Positions 39,056 through 52,999 of a DNA stretch of 64,000 nucleotides are shown here, in pieces. The DNA comes from Convolutriloba macropyga. Lineage: Eukaryota. The stretch spans positions 12,028,001 through 12,092,000 of the forward strand of contig NC_134468.1 in assembly GCF_964194025.1 (NCBI RefSeq), in the 5' to 3' direction. The position numbers and the translations under genes were made by a program. Numbering within the stretch: the first letter of the stretch is position 1; each line of letters starts with the position of its first letter. The notes under the pieces are model-generated. The model had not been told where the DNA came from. It saw nothing but the letters and a program-made list of their open reading frames with translations, and did not search any database.

Positions 39056-41554
39056 GGGGTAGGGACTACGTAGAGCTTCCAGCTTCCTATATTCATAGGG
39101 GGCTAAACGTTGTGTGACTACATAGTTGGGGGGGGGGGGGGGGGGGGTATATGCACAATTTTTTTTTGTTTTATTCTGCTAAGAAAGATATTTCACGATA
39201 ATTCCAGGGCTTATATGTCAGCGACTGCCTGAATAAATGAGTTTAATCAGTCCGTGATTCCTACAAAATATCTACACTCTTTTGTTAAACACAAAACGCT
39301 CGCGTTTAAACTGACTTGATTTAATCCGCATTTGCTTTAGCAAACTGAAAAGCAGCTGTTTTGTTTATCCTTTTATATTAAAAAGCAGAGAGCATGAAAA
39401 GTCACTTTCGCATTTCAATCAAGCGACGCCTTGCCTCGCCTTGTGTAAATTCCAACGCACGCACATTGCAGCCTTAATACCAGGCAGGCAAAATAGGGCT
39501 ACCAACAACAAAATTCAGTTATTTAGCAGCTTTATCAGAATCAAATATATCCCATATAAAGCATGGATAACATGCAAAATGGGGGGAGGGGATGCAACAA
39601 GAAAAAACGGACAAAAATAGATAGATTTCTATCCAATTCGTGTCACATTTTCTAATTTGAACTCGGTAACCAATTCCTCAAGGGGAGCATAAAAACGCCA
39701 GGCCCCCATATAGTCAAGGAACTAAATGTATATAGCTGCATTAGAGCGCAACAACACAGCGCCTTAGAGGAAGCGAAAAAGAGATATTTCTCAACATTGA
39801 CAGAAAAAAATTGCAAAATCAGTTGACGTCATAATGAGACACCGTTCCATTCTATCATCACACAAATGAACAAATCAACAGTAAAGCCAAAACAACAATA
39901 CACCATTCATCCAACTTTAACTAGCCGAGGAAGAGAAAAGATCATTAAAACCAACATCAAATAGCAATTATATTTAGACATTTGTTTGCTTCTCTGACCC
40001 TTATACATTCGAGTTTGCACAATAAATATTACAATTTATAAAATTGTTCACGTTGAGCTAACTTACGGATAGAAACCAAAAGTTCTTTCATTTTTTTGAA
40101 AAAAAAACATTCTAGATGGGCGAAAACAATGAAAGCGTGTTGCAATTAGCTTTAATCATAACAATACCAAAAGGAAAGCTGAAAGCTGCATTAAAATAAT
40201 GAGCCCTTGAAATGTTTCCTCTAAAAAACCATAGCGATACAAACTGAAACCATAATGCATTCACACAAGCATCATTGCATTAGACGCACTTTTATCTAGC
40301 CTCGTCCATTGACGTCACAAACAAAATTTGATCTTTCTAATCACATGCAACCTCGACCTTCCATAATCGAATGACAACTGGACACAAAAAACATGTTTGT
40401 TCAGCATTATTATCAGTTCTAACAAACGCTTAGAATAATTTCAATTGTATCTATTTTTGAACGAAGCGATTAATTGATCGGATTATATTTGAAAAGACAA
40501 TCAATGTAGTCAATTGACAAAAAAATTGAAAAGACAATCAAAACAATCAATTGAGAAAAAAATCTGACAAATTTTGTATAATGTGACAAAATTCGATGAA
40601 TCTGCTTAATAACAATCTTCAAAATATGTCTGCAGAAAGAAAAAATTTCTACAGCGATCCTATATTTATCAATCGAAAAAGAATATGTAACTCATGCTCA
40701 TACATTGACGAAACAAATAAAAAGAAATGAAAAGCTTCTAGTGTTAAATTGACATAAACAGCACATTTTTGCCAAAAATAAAAAAAATAGAGAACCTAAT
40801 TTCAACTTGAATATGTATGAAATGATAAATCTAGCAAAATGTCGGGAAATAGAAAATCTCAAATAGTAAAAATACAAATGCTGCAATCTGAAACCTTTTC
40901 AGTCAAATTTTATTGCAAATCTAAGACAGCACAAAGTGCAACACGTGGACTGTTTTCCTTTTGGGCTTTAAATTTTATCAAGATTCCTCTGACGAAAAGT
41001 CAAACCTCTCAGACCAAAAAAACTGACGAATAATCGCCTGAACAATGCCAATAAATAGCAGCCAACAACAAATTAAATATCACTAAAAAGCGATTTAAAC
41101 TTTCATTGAGCGAGATAAAAAAACAGATGAACTTTTTTATTCAACTCCAGCTTTCAATAAAAATAAGGATAATCGGGGCATGAAAAACAAACTCATTACA
41201 TCCAAAATAGTGACAACAGTTGAATTATGTTTTCGCAATTGGTTTTGAATTTTGAGACCATATCCACTAGCTAGCACTAAAAAATCATTTGATAAACTTA
41301 AAATTTGAAAATCTGCCTAAAGAAAATAATTTAGACGAAGAAGTAAACAAAAATTATCTTGAGTTTTGATTTAAATTAGTTCACCAACACAATGGTATAG
41401 CAATAACTGAATAATCAAGTGCACAACTCAAAGACCCAAATCAAAGTCCTAATTAATAACTTTTGACAGCAATGAACAAAAAACAAAAACCGACAATGGT
41501 ACGACTCATGCCCCACAACTACTTTAGCCCCGGTCTCAAGTGAATGGATTAAAA

Positions 41555-42040
41555 TAAAACCAGACAATGTCATGCAAATCGCTCTCCAATAAACGGGTTA
41601 ATTAGAGTAACTAAGGGTTTCAAACGCTTTTATTAGATATAATTTTACAACAGTAGTTAAATTCTTAAATGAATTCAATTTGGGCACATTTTCCATTAGA
41701 CATTTTGGAGTAAACTTCAACCAATTAATTGCGTCTGCTTTCTAAATGAGAGCATTTTGCGTCTTAATTCTAAATGAGAGCATTTTATCAGCCACAAGTG
41801 AATAAGTCAAGCGTGAAAAAGACAAAAATTGGTAGCGCAAAAATTACATGAAAAACCAACAAAACTAAGACTAAACCGATTAACATCGTATGAATTGCTC
41901 TCAAACAAACAGGAGGCAATTTAATTTAGGGGCCAGCTTCAAAATTTTCCAGAAAAAAGACCTACAATTTTATAATATTTGCTTCAAACTTCGTTCTAGA
42001 GCAATTAATAATTGCTAAACTTTGTTTGAGAACAATTAAT
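41555..42040 (-). mobile_element. Degenerate HINE-A containing a nested minimal (~135 bp) HINE-A at 41872-42008
   Basis: Inner: CCGATTAACATCG..AATTGCTCTCAAAC..CTTCGTTCTAGAGCAATT; immediately followed by a second end TAATTGCTAAACTTTGTTTGAGAACAATT. Confidence 0.65.
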
Positions 42041-42124
42041 TATTCAATCGATATAATCATGTGAGAAAAACTCTCAAACAAGCAGGAGGCAATTCAATTT
42101 AGGCTTGCAAAACAAACATAGTGC

Positions 42125-42635
42125 CGAATAGAGAAATAATTTGGACCAGCTACAGTGTTCCACCTTGCAAAACAGCAAATCACAAAAAAAATATTAACTT
42201 GAACAATGAAGCCTCTGGAAGCAAAATTTAAAATTCGCTTTTTAAATCAGTCAAAACCCTGATTCAATTTCAGCAAAAAAGGAACCAATAAAAATAGGGA
42301 ACTTGAGAGCTGCGACTAGAGAAATAAATTGGGAGCTGCGACTAGAGAAATAATTTGGACCAGCTGCAGTGTTCCATCTTGCAAAACATCAAATCAAAAA
42401 AAAAATATTAACTTGAACAATGAAGCCTCTGGAAGCAAAAAATAAAATTAGCGACTAGCAAAATAAATTGGATCGGCTGCAGTGTTCCACCTTGCAAAAC
42501 AGCAAATCACAAAAAAAACATTAACTTGAACAATGAAGCCTCTGGAAGCAAAATTTAAAATCCGCTTTTCAAATCAGTCAAAGCCCTGATTCAAATTCAG
42601 CAAAAATGGAACAATTAAAAATAGGGAACTTGAGA
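42125..42635. repeat. Complex tandem duplication (three copies of a ~110-185-bp unit)
   Basis: CAGTGTTCCA(C/T)CTTGCAAAACA...TTAACTTGAACAATGAAGCCTCTGGAAGCAAAA at ~42153, 42367 and 42480. Confidence 0.92.
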
Positions 42636-43009
42636 ATAACTCCTATTCGAGGTCTTCGCCTGATCTCGTTAATAAACGCACATATGAATTCTTTTGATCT
42701 TAAACTAATTCAAATTAAACTTAAGTTTTAAAGTGCAAAAGTCATTTTATTGAGTGAGGTAAGTCACGGATGATCAAAACCTAATCACGCAAATGATTTT
42801 AAAACCTTTGCTAGAGAGAGAGAGAGAGAAATGACGTCACGCGCACAAACGCCGTTAGTGAGAGGAAGAAGTCATTCAGAAAATTTGACTTCAGCTTTGC
42901 TGTATGAACAAATGTAAAACGAAAAAGAGCGTCAGACGACGAAACAAAAAAACAAAGAGCACCGTAATATAGCTCCGCTCAGCTTACAGCGTCGCAACTA
43001 TAGTAAGAT

Positions 43010-45079
43010 AGACAGATTGACCACCAGTCCTTTAATAGACCACATACGCTCTATAAGGAAAAAAGCCCTAATGGAGCTTTTTGAAAATTAATATTCAAAA
43101 TCAAAACTCAAGAATCTAATACTCGGGAATTAGGGTATATACGTTTGGTACTACTTAGATGCACACTATTGACCTTTAACTGTTAAAGATTCATAAAATT
43201 TAAAGTTCATTAAGCGAGTTCAGAGGTCTTTTTTTGGTGAGGTGAGCCACGCAATTGACCTAAAAGCAGAACAAATGACGTCACGCACATTAATTTAAAC
43301 TGCAAAGCAGTAGAAATCACTGAAATTGAAGAAGTCAATTCCAAGGAGTCAGGTCGCAAGAATCGTCGATGGAGACGACGAATTAAAAAACATAGCAGGA
43401 CAAGTCCTGAAGTACAATTCAAAGAATTGAATGAAAAACTCAGACGTACTCTACCTGACCAGCAGATCAATTGAACAATTCCAGCCAGAACATGAACAAA
43501 ATAATCTCAAAAAAATGAAAACTTAAAAGAATCAAAACTAAACAAAATATACTCCTTGCTAAAACTGGAAGCTTTCAAACCCTAGTCAACATTTTTTCCC
43601 TTTAAAAATACCTATTTCAAAAATATGTTCAAAATCATTTTTTGTTTCTGAAATCGGTCCAGTACTATATCTGCAAGACCTGAAAAATTTTCATTGGCCT
43701 TTGAAGATCGATGATTAACTCGAAAATAACCAAAAAATTTAAGGAAATCAATTGCAAATTATCAGAAAATATTGCTAAAAATTGTGATATAAATATCTTC
43801 AGAATCGTTTTTATGTCTCTAGAGGCTATTCAGTAACCCAATTCCAAGCTTTAAAAAACTCATTGGCTCATAGATCGATAGGCAATAATTTTAACAAAAA
43901 GTTTCAAACTTCAAAAAATAGAAATTCGTTCTATTAAAATGTTGAAAGCCATTCAATTGCCCCCTAGCACTTAAAAATTATTTTTGCACTTATAACATAC
44001 TATCAAACACTGGATGAGGTTACCTGTCTACTGAGACAAGAAAAATGAATAAAATACAAATGTTTTTAAAGAAACCTTAAAAAAATTGCAGATTTTATCA
44101 AAAAAATGCTAAAATTCGAAACATTAAAAAATTGAAAACCGTTCCATTGTTACTAGAAACTAAGAAGTGCCCTATTAACAAACCAAAAAGGAGATTGCCT
44201 GGTCCTTGAAGCTGGAAAAACTGAAAAAATGAAAATTTTCAAAAACCTGAAAATGCGAATTTTGTCAAAAAAATTGCTAAAATTTGTGATATTCAAAAGT
44301 TGAAACCTATTCCATGGCAATTAAAAATTTTTCAGTAACTTATCATCCAACCGCTCATGATGCTTTCTGTCCCCTGGGACTCAAACAAATTGAATAATGA
44401 CAATAAATGTCATAAAAATATGAAAAAATTGCAAGCTTTGTCAAAAAATGCTAAAATTCATGACGGCAAAAAGTTGAAAATCATCTCATTACCACAAAAA
44501 ACTATACAGTAATCTATCATCAAACCCTCTATCAAACTCTAGAGGAGGTTTCTTGACACCTAGGGCTAAAAAAACTCAAAAAATGACAAAAATTTTCAAA
44601 AAACCTGAAAAAAATAGCTAAAATTAGTATCCTTTCGCGCGTTTGTGTTTGTAGTACCAAAACATATAGCTCATAAAATGGTCATAGCAAGCAATTTTGT
44701 GTCTCAAACAACCTTCATCAACTTTTAAAAACTTCAAGCCAAGACTAATCAAACAAAGAAACTCAAAAAACTCACAAAAAAATGAAAAATTGCACCATTT
44801 TGAGCCCAAAAACTCCTAAAAATGGCCTAATTAATGCCATCCCAGCAGCTGCGTTACTATTAGAACTTGAAGGACAACTAAAGCCCACTTTGGGCCTCTA
44901 ATGAAAATTAATGCCCGCTGGGCTTTACCTGTTTATCCCGTTTTGAACGATCAAAGTCATTGAAAAATGTGTGAACACATCTTAAAAAAAAACACAGCGC
45001 ACCAATACAATTCAAATTCTTTGAATTGTAAAAAACCACGATGTCCCCAATAATAGCCTCTAACGCTTCGCGGCTATTA
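43010..45079 (-). mobile_element. Triple nest: HINE-B containing HINE-C (43389-45030), which contains family A body and ~170-bp array (~43600-44950)
   Basis: B body 43010-43388 matches 36690-37020; C hairpin CAGGACAAGTCCTG at 43396; C palindrome at 45005-45030; B end at 45049-45079; array and body match 10050-11420 and 8990-9330. Confidence 0.78.
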
Positions 45080-45194
45080 AAAAATATGATTTATAAACGA
45101 TTGGAATTTAAAATGGGCTCGGTTCATCTTTCAGCATTAACTATGTGGTTGGCAGGAAGTTTTTGGAGTGTCAATCAGCAATATTTAAAACACG

Positions 45195-45691
45195 TACGTG
45201 CACGTTATAAAATTCCCAAAGTTGGCAGTGCCAGAAGTCAAAATGTTGGAAGATGCCTGAATTTGCTATATACAAAGCCAGAAGGTGATTTCATTGACTT
45301 GCATGTGTCGTGGTTTAAGTAATGGTTACGTGACTCTGCTTGAAGTCACTGAGAACTTCTGGCGTTTATTGAGAACCGAGAAGCAGTTCGAGATATTAAG
45401 TCAGAATTTCGAAGCGACTTCTGCAGAGTCACATAACCATGCTTAAACGCGCACGTTTTAAAATGACGAAAGTCAACTTCTGGCAAAGTAGGAACTTCTG
45501 GCATTTTAACTTCTGGCACTGCAGACATTCGGCAATTTAAAATGTGCACGTGAGTTGTAAGATTACATGACTCATGAGTTGTAAGACTACATGTGCACGT
45601 GAGTTATAAGATTACATGAGTTTTAAGATTCATGACTCCGGTTCTCGATAAACGCCAGAAGCTCTCAGTGACTTCAAGCAGAGTCACGTAA
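45195..45691. repeat. Compound foldback: two overlapping inverted-repeat pairs plus a minisatellite
   Basis: 45196-45340 is an imperfect inverse of 45423-45552; 45326-45378 is a near-perfect inverse of 45638-45691; GAGTT(G/A/T)TAAGA(T/C)TACATG x4 at 45551-45635. Confidence 0.88.
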
Positions 45692-45840
45692 TCTATTCTT
45701 ATAATACATAAAACAATAAAAACTACCTATAACATGCCACTAGGTAACTAACTGGTTGAGATCGTCTCAACAATTTCTCGCCAAGAGCAAACACCCAACG
45801 CAGATCTGTCAAAAAGCAACAAAAACAACAATTTGTTAAC

Positions 45841-46083
45841 CTTTTTCATGAGTCGGGCAATCTTGCTCTCAAATTGGTTGATTTCTGTCTCCAAAGTGGC
45901 CAATTTTGTTGAAATCTCTTTAGTCTTCGACCCATGACTGGTACCTGTGTTACCAACAGAACTATTGCCGATTAAAGACGCTGAATGAGGGTGGTGGTGA
46001 TTGTGGTGATGGTGGTGTGTTTGACTTTGTTGAGTTGAATTTGCTGTCATTGAGTTAGGGCCAACCGTACCGCCGCTATTTTC
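45841..46083 (-). CDS. NCOR: NCoR/SMRT most 5' exon identified (His-rich segment plus GPS2-binding coiled coil)
   Basis: ENSGG...HHHHHNHHH...SKTKEISTKLATLETEINQFESKIARLMKK resembles SKEELIQSMDRVDREIAKVEQQILKLKKK; TTTCAG / GTTAAC; 243 nt, phase 0/0. Confidence 0.87.
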
Positions 46084-47199
46084 CTGAAAAACAGAACTAA
46101 CTTTCTATAAGGTCATTAAAATTAAGCAATGTTTCGCGTAACTTTGTAATTCTTAAGTACATAGGTCTAGAAGCTGTCAAAAATGGCAGTTTTAAGAACA
46201 GCTGGAAACTTTGAATATTTTGTGATCAAATCGTGAACAGATAAGACAGATCATTTCCACTAATTTAAAAATTATGATTTAAACAGACGTTTAATCAAAA
46301 GGACTAAACCAAGTTTAACCACGGCACAACTCAAATATTGCATATTCAAAAAAATAGGGACTAAACCGAGACCAACGGTAACATTTAAACACCAAGTCAA
46401 ACAAAAAATTCAAGTTACCCGAGCAATTAATACTTCTAGTCAACAATTTTTTTTTATTTTTCGCTGCTTTCCGTTTTTAATTCAAAGCATAGTAGTGATC
46501 TTCGCCATTTTACAATGCAGATTTTCGATCTAGTCTTAATTCCCTGCGGGATTCATCTCAAATTTATTAGTTTCAAAATCAAGCGTTTATTTTCCCCAAA
46601 ATGTTACTAACTACATGCTATACACATGTAAATTTAAGGAAAATTTAATGGAATAGTTTAGTTACCTAAAGTTCAAAAGAAAAGGAGCCGCGCCGCATTT
46701 ATTGAAGTATTTCTGGTTATCGATAGCGAACATCACAGCTTCCTTTATTATTCTCAAAACTACATAAATTATGAACTCTTATTACATCAATATCTGCAGC
46801 TCTGTTATTGCTTCCCTCATTTTTGCATGTAAAAAATAATGTTGATAAAGTTAACGCATTTTAATAATTCAGCAGCATTTGTTATTTGCCGTTTGCTCAG
46901 CCTGGCACATTTCCTGTATTTTATCAGCAGAAAAAGAATTCATAAAGCAAACACAATCATCGGCTGCGTTTGCTTTGAAGTCCCCCCCCCCCCACCCCAC
47001 CCTCCCGAGGCGCAGCACATTTTGCAATTGGCAATAGAACACGAGAATTATGCGCGGCCGGCACGGAACGAATAAAAATAAATGATTGCTTTGTTTTTGA
47101 AACATTCCTGCGGCGAATTAAATTGGTCAGTTTGCTTACAAATGACGTGGAACAAATTTTATGTCCCCTCTAGCGATAATTCTGTCCCGAATTTGCATG

Positions 47200-48750
47200 A
47201 ATTTCAAATCTTAAACAGATAGGCCGGGAAAAGGCAAAGGCAGTTAAGGAACGGCACAAAAAATGAAATTCAAAAACGGAGGAGTGGGGGGGGGGGGGGT
47301 TGACATAGCCAATACAGAGATTGGAAAATATACCAGGTAAAGAGAAACAAAAATGAGAGAGAGAGAGAAAAAGGGAAAGAAAGAGAGAGTAAAGTAGCGG
47401 AACTCAGCTGGTAATCAGAAACGAAGCATAGGACATACAAACATACCTACGGTCGCACAGCAAATATATATTCAATAGATAGTTACACTGAGTCTTATTT
47501 ACAAGCGTATAAAGGTGTCCGCTCATCGACGCATACGTGGCACTATTGTAAGACGGAAAATGGAAGGACGCTGGGGGTAGGAAGAGAAAGAATAGAAAGA
47601 CAAAATCAACGGGGGATTACAAGCGCATGTATGGGGATAAAAACACAAAGAGAACAAGAAAAAGAAATCGCTTGCTTAAGAAGCTGGAAACGTTTGACCG
47701 AAATATTAAATTGTTGACATGGCAGCAAAACGTCCTTAAATTAAAACCAGGCCTATATTCCAACTTCCACGGACGTTCTAACCAGCTTAACCTGCTTGAC
47801 CAGCTTTTTCTTCACAAAAATGAGCGGAATTTTCAGTCTGGGTCAACAGCATTTACACGTATTTTAAAAAGGAGCTCGACCCAGATTTTAATTTAATGCT
47901 TAAGCATAATAATTTTCTCTATAGCCATGCGGCAAAATACCAGAAGAAATTGTGAAGCAAATTTGGTTCTTGTAAGAATAAAACATTGAAAAAAATCAAT
48001 TCCAATCCATTATAACCTGAGCAAATTAAAAATGAACGAGGTCATCTAGCATCAAATCCTTGCTAAGAAATACTCCATTGAGACCAGTAAATTTCGGAAA
48101 TAGAAGCAGGAAAAGATTTCCAGGAGTCAAAAATAGAACAAATTCCCAATCGCCAAGAGCGTGCTTCGAAATCGACTGCGAACACTTGAACGCATGAGTG
48201 GCCTTACACTGGGAATAGGCAATTTGGGAATGGGGAATTTAAATTTACAATAACCACCGTTCTCTGTTCTGTGTGCTATAATTGCGAGGAATAGAGCGAA
48301 TTCAAAAGAGCCTTCTTTTTATAGTATTTGCTCTACACCCCCCCCCCCCCCCCCCCCCCCCCCTAGACTCCTCAACTCACTTCTTCCCCTGTGCTAGTAA
48401 AATTTTGAGCAGAGACCATTTGAGACATTCCATTCGATTTCTTTCGCTCCCCTTTTTCTGATCAGATGGATTAAAGCAAGGCCAGGCAAGTGAGGGCGGC
48501 CTGAACAAACATGCCAAACAATTCCCCAACCCAGTGCGAACACGCACACATGCCTACATATTATATATACGCACACATTGTAGCCAGATATTTTGAATGA
48601 GATTTGGGGGACCGGGAGCAAGGTCTAAAATAGAGGAAAACTCCAGGGAATTAAATTGAATTGCAAACAGAGGGGGAGCTAGCCTTCAAGGATAAGAGAC
48701 AAGCGCAGGAAGATCAGACAACAACACACCACTACCCAATCGGCACCAGT
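47200..48750. promoter_or_regulatory. TE-free purine/GAGA-rich island, candidate NCoR regulatory region
   Basis: GA runs (47355-47390), poly-G and poly-C tracts, CA/TA repeats, higher GC, no HINE ends seen. Compositional evidence only. Confidence 0.3.
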
Positions 48751-49505
48751 TCATGTATTTCAAATTGCTTTTCAAAGCGCAAATTTTGAAAGAAAAACGA
48801 CACTCTCAAATGCAGGAACCCGAACGCCCAACTTTATGGCCCTCTCAATGATAAAAAGGTCTACGCAGAACTAATCTTATTTTTTAAAAATACTAAAATA
48901 CAAACCGCATATTAGTCTGTAGTTCTAAAGAATCCCAGCTGATGACAAAATATTAGGAGATAAAAAGATTTATTTGTCAACAAGTACTCAAAATGCGGGG
49001 GAAATGTCGTTTACAATCTTTGCTTATTAAAACATCAAGGGGAAGGTAAATATATCCACGTCTTAGATAATAGACAAGATGAGAAATAGTTCTCAATCGT
49101 AATTATGACAACTTACCATGACTTTATGCTAGCTAATTATTTAAAACTCAACTTACAAGAAAAGATCATGAAAAACTGAGCAGAAAACTCAATTGCTAGA
49201 AATGTACTTTCTAATGCCCATTATAGTATTCTCAAATGACAATGTAAAATTTTTATATTGTCACGAATAACTCATTTTTCGGCACGAATAACTCTCACTT
49301 GGTCTTGAAAATGATTAAACACATTTCAGTAAAATGGATCAGTTATTGAACAAGAATAGTTTCTTAAACTTATAACTCTTATACGAAGGAATATTTCTTC
49401 CGTGACAATTCAATTCCTTTTGAATTCTAAAATAGCTACTCAAAAGAAAGGTAAAACTTGAAAAAAAAAAACAAGGTGCAATCATAATTGAGCCCTCGGA
49501 TTAAA

Positions 49506-49931
49506 AACATAATTGACTAACATCGGCCGAATGGCTCTCAAAAGAATGGCCAGCAGTTGCCTTCGTCAGTAGCTAGCTACGGGAGGTTAGCTTTAGCTTA
49601 ATTGAATGGGCGGCGCACACCAGCGCGCTGTGTTCAGGTGGAAAGATTGGCAGTGGTGTGATTGAAGTTGGGGAAGGGGTCAAACTCTCAGACTGTCCTT
49701 CACACCATGAATTTATGTCTCACCAACACAGTTTCGATGAATAGCATACTTATAGCCTAGTGAGCCAAAATGCTCTAACAGAAATCAGTGCCCTCCAGGA
49801 GTTACCTATTTATACCGTTTTGAGGACGAAAAGTCAAAAGGCTCAAACGAAAAATCGGCCAAGCGACAAATCGCACACAAGAAGACCACGGGACTAATAC
49901 ATTTGCTATAAACTTTGTTTGAGAGCAATTA
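49506..49931 (-). mobile_element. HINE family A
   Basis: AACATAATTGACTAACATCGG..AATGGCTCTCAAAAG ... TTGCTATAAACTTTGTTTGAGAGCAATT. Confidence 0.82.
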
Positions 49932-50798
49932 AAAACAACCTCATGGAATTAAAGATCAAATGTAATTTAAGATTTTAGTCCCGTGCGCTCCTCAATATAT
50001 GTTTACCTTAAGCAAAAAGACTGTCACAGTTATTCAGCTTCAAAAAGTTAACTGCATTGGTTTTGCTTTGAGGCATCTCTACGTTCCATAGAAAACTAGG
50101 AAAAGATTAGCTTTGTGTTGTGTCTACTCAATGTCAATAAAATTGACATTATTACTGAAACTATAAAGCGATAATATTGATGGACTTTGTAGTATTTAAC
50201 TCAAAAACAAATTCCATGTGACCTCTAAATGCCTCGCACTTTGTTACATTCGCCAATTAAGTAATAAAAATAACATATGCTACGGGTTTGAAGCAAGTAA
50301 AAAGGGGTATTCCAGAGCAACTAAACCATTATGGCATTTGATCAAAAATTCATAAATCTTGAGCTGAATAATTTAATTTTTTAATGTTAAATTTGACAGT
50401 ATTTATGAAACTCTTTCAAGTTCGAATGGTTTGCTTACACAAACCATGTCAGAAAACATATTTTTTTCAAAAAGATCTTCCAATATAACCAATCTTATAA
50501 ACACCTAAATTCAGTGAACACATTCGAGCAGAGCCAGGCATTCAACAAAAGCGATTATTGCCGACATTGGGTTCAAAATTCTAGCAATTTTAGAAAATAT
50601 AAGACAGACAAATTTTGCAAAAAGCCGATTAATGAAAAGTGCAAATCTGCAGATCTTAAATATAATAAAACGCTCTTATTAGTATAGAGGTTCCTTATTA
50701 GAGTGTTTCCTTAAAGAATGAAAGCTAGTTTTTTTCTTAAAAACCAAACTGGTTTTCCTTCCTGAAAATTAGTTTTTTTAAATTGAAATCTTTTAAAA

Positions 50799-51110
50799 GA
50801 ACATATACTGATGAACTGCCCTCCAGCGAAAGACGGGGGCAATTTAACTAAGAGGGGTCGGAGGTTAGAAATGTTTCATTAGTGCAAAAACTTTTTCCCA
50901 CTAGGGCATAAACCCGGGCCTCCAGATTCGCAGCCTGACATCTTCACCTCGCAGCTACATACGCTTTGATTTCCTTGCGATCACAATCACCTTAACCAAG
51001 AAACCTTATTTCAGAACGAGAGCATCTTAGATCACTCAAAAATGAAGAACTCAAGTCACTCAAGAATTCAAAGAATATTCTAGAACAAAAGCGCAAAATC
51101 GAGTTTTAGA
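50799..51110 (-). mobile_element. tRNA-bearing HINE-A variant (tRNA-like segment 50898-50963)
   Basis: GGGGCAATTTAAC..TTAGAAATGTTTC, then minus-strand TAGCTGCGAGG..TCAGG-CTGCGAA-TCTGG-AGGCC-CGGGTTT; body like 29240-29340 and 63880-63950. Confidence 0.65.
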
Positions 51111-51299
51111 GCACACGCAAATTTATAACGCCAGAAAGAGCCGATGAGAGCAGAGTTCCATAGGAACGAACCTGCAAGAAAACAATCCATCTTGCAATTA
51201 TCTTACAGTAGATAACTACAAAGGTATGTTTTGGCTTTTCCAAAGTGTAACCCCCCCCCCATAAAAATCTATCATGTTATATTTACGTGGGCTTTGGAC

Positions 51300-52400
51300 T
51301 TCAGCTGCACTAAACTTGTGTGTGTGCGTTGAGGGGTGGAGTGGGGGGTCAGAGAAAAAACCAATTTTTTTTTACTAACGTGATGATCAAACCGAATTGT
51401 ATTATTCTTGGATATTTTCATCAAAGCTATTATCACGAACCACCGAGTCAGGAATGGCAAGCAAAAACAAGAAATAATAACTCACAAATCTCACAGCTAA
51501 GCATGAAATCAACGCGAGAGAGAGAATGATATACATAAGTAGAGGAGTTTTTAAAAATAGTTAGCCCAGTGAGGCTACAGGGAAAAGGTAGAGGGAGGGG
51601 AGGAAGATATTTGAACTAAATGAGGGAAAATCTCCATTTGAGCATGGATTAGGAAGGGAGATAGTGTAAGGAAGAAGGCTTTGAGGAGCTAGATATAAAG
51701 GGAGGCAGGAAACAAAGCGGCACAAATGGAATTACTTTTCCTTTCAATTCCCCTTTCCTCTTTCCCCCCTACTCTTCACGCTTACGTGCCCTAACCCCAA
51801 CCTAATATATCTGCCCCGTCACATACACACACGCATACTACAATATAGACGACAATATAGTGCTGCGAGGACTTACACAGATATATACACATACTTATAG
51901 GATTGTGTTTTCCACGGAGCAAAAGGTAGAGGGAGCATTGAAATTGGAGTTTACTCGTTGTATAATCAACACGGCAGGCAGGCAAAGAGAACGCGAAATA
52001 GAGAGAGGGGTAGAAGGGGGGCTAGGGAGGGAACAGGGAGGAAGCAACAAGCTACACGTATTAGTGCTATTAACGCTAAGACTGCCATAATAAGCCATGG
52101 TGCATTTATAATTGGCTTCCTCCACTCTTCCTCTCTCTCGCCACATTAAGCGTAAACGTACCACTAAAAGCCCCTGGGTAGAAAATTGGAAAACTACTGC
52201 ACCTCTGTTCACTTTTCGGGAGCCACCAGGAGCGACTTAGGTAATGTGTAAGGAACACACACGTACCAGGCAATACGCATGTGAAATTTCCCAGTTCATA
52301 CGCTTTTGCTTTTTGCCTTGACACAACGCTGTTTATAGCCCCAATACTTGGCTCAGTATTTTGCTACTTGTAGCCGTATTCCCTTGAAATTCTAGTATTA
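51300..52400. promoter_or_regulatory. Second TE-free GA/CA-rich island, candidate promoter or enhancer
   Basis: Long purine tracts (51580-51710, 51985-52045), GAGAG and CACAC repeats, GC above background. Confidence 0.3.
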
Positions 52401-52999
52401 TGCTAAGCAGTAGTAAAAACGACACTTTCGCTTTCCTAGCATGAATATATGGAAAGCAAATTATAGTTTTTACGCATCGCAGTTCAACGCTCTAGTCTAA
52501 TTTGGTCCCACTTTGACGCATAGTAAGTAAATTTGCAACAACTGTTGTCTTGCCAATTTCTGCTATTTTCCTCAATGTAACATACCACCCCAGTAAAAAT
52601 GCATGACTATTTAAAAAACCAACAAAACATACTCTTCGTTTTACGAAGAGGAGCAAATTTACGTTACCTCAAAAAAATATCCTCAGTTTCCTGTTGCTAA
52701 TATTTGATTTCATTTCACTTTTGAGTTTTCTATGATTGAGGAAACTAATTAGTCATCACAAGGCAGAGAGCGATTATCTGCATCCACTAATGACGAAAAT
52801 TCAAATTGGGCAATCACTTCAACTTGACAAGATCCCAATTTAGCTCCATAAACAATTATCACAAGTCCTAAGAATTAGTAGGAAAAGTAGGCAACTTTCT
52901 TCAACTCCCAAGTTTTATATTGGCTTAATAATTTCCCGGTTTCACTTCTAAATAATTGACTAGATTCATAGGATGATATTCGGTTTCATTCGGCAATCT

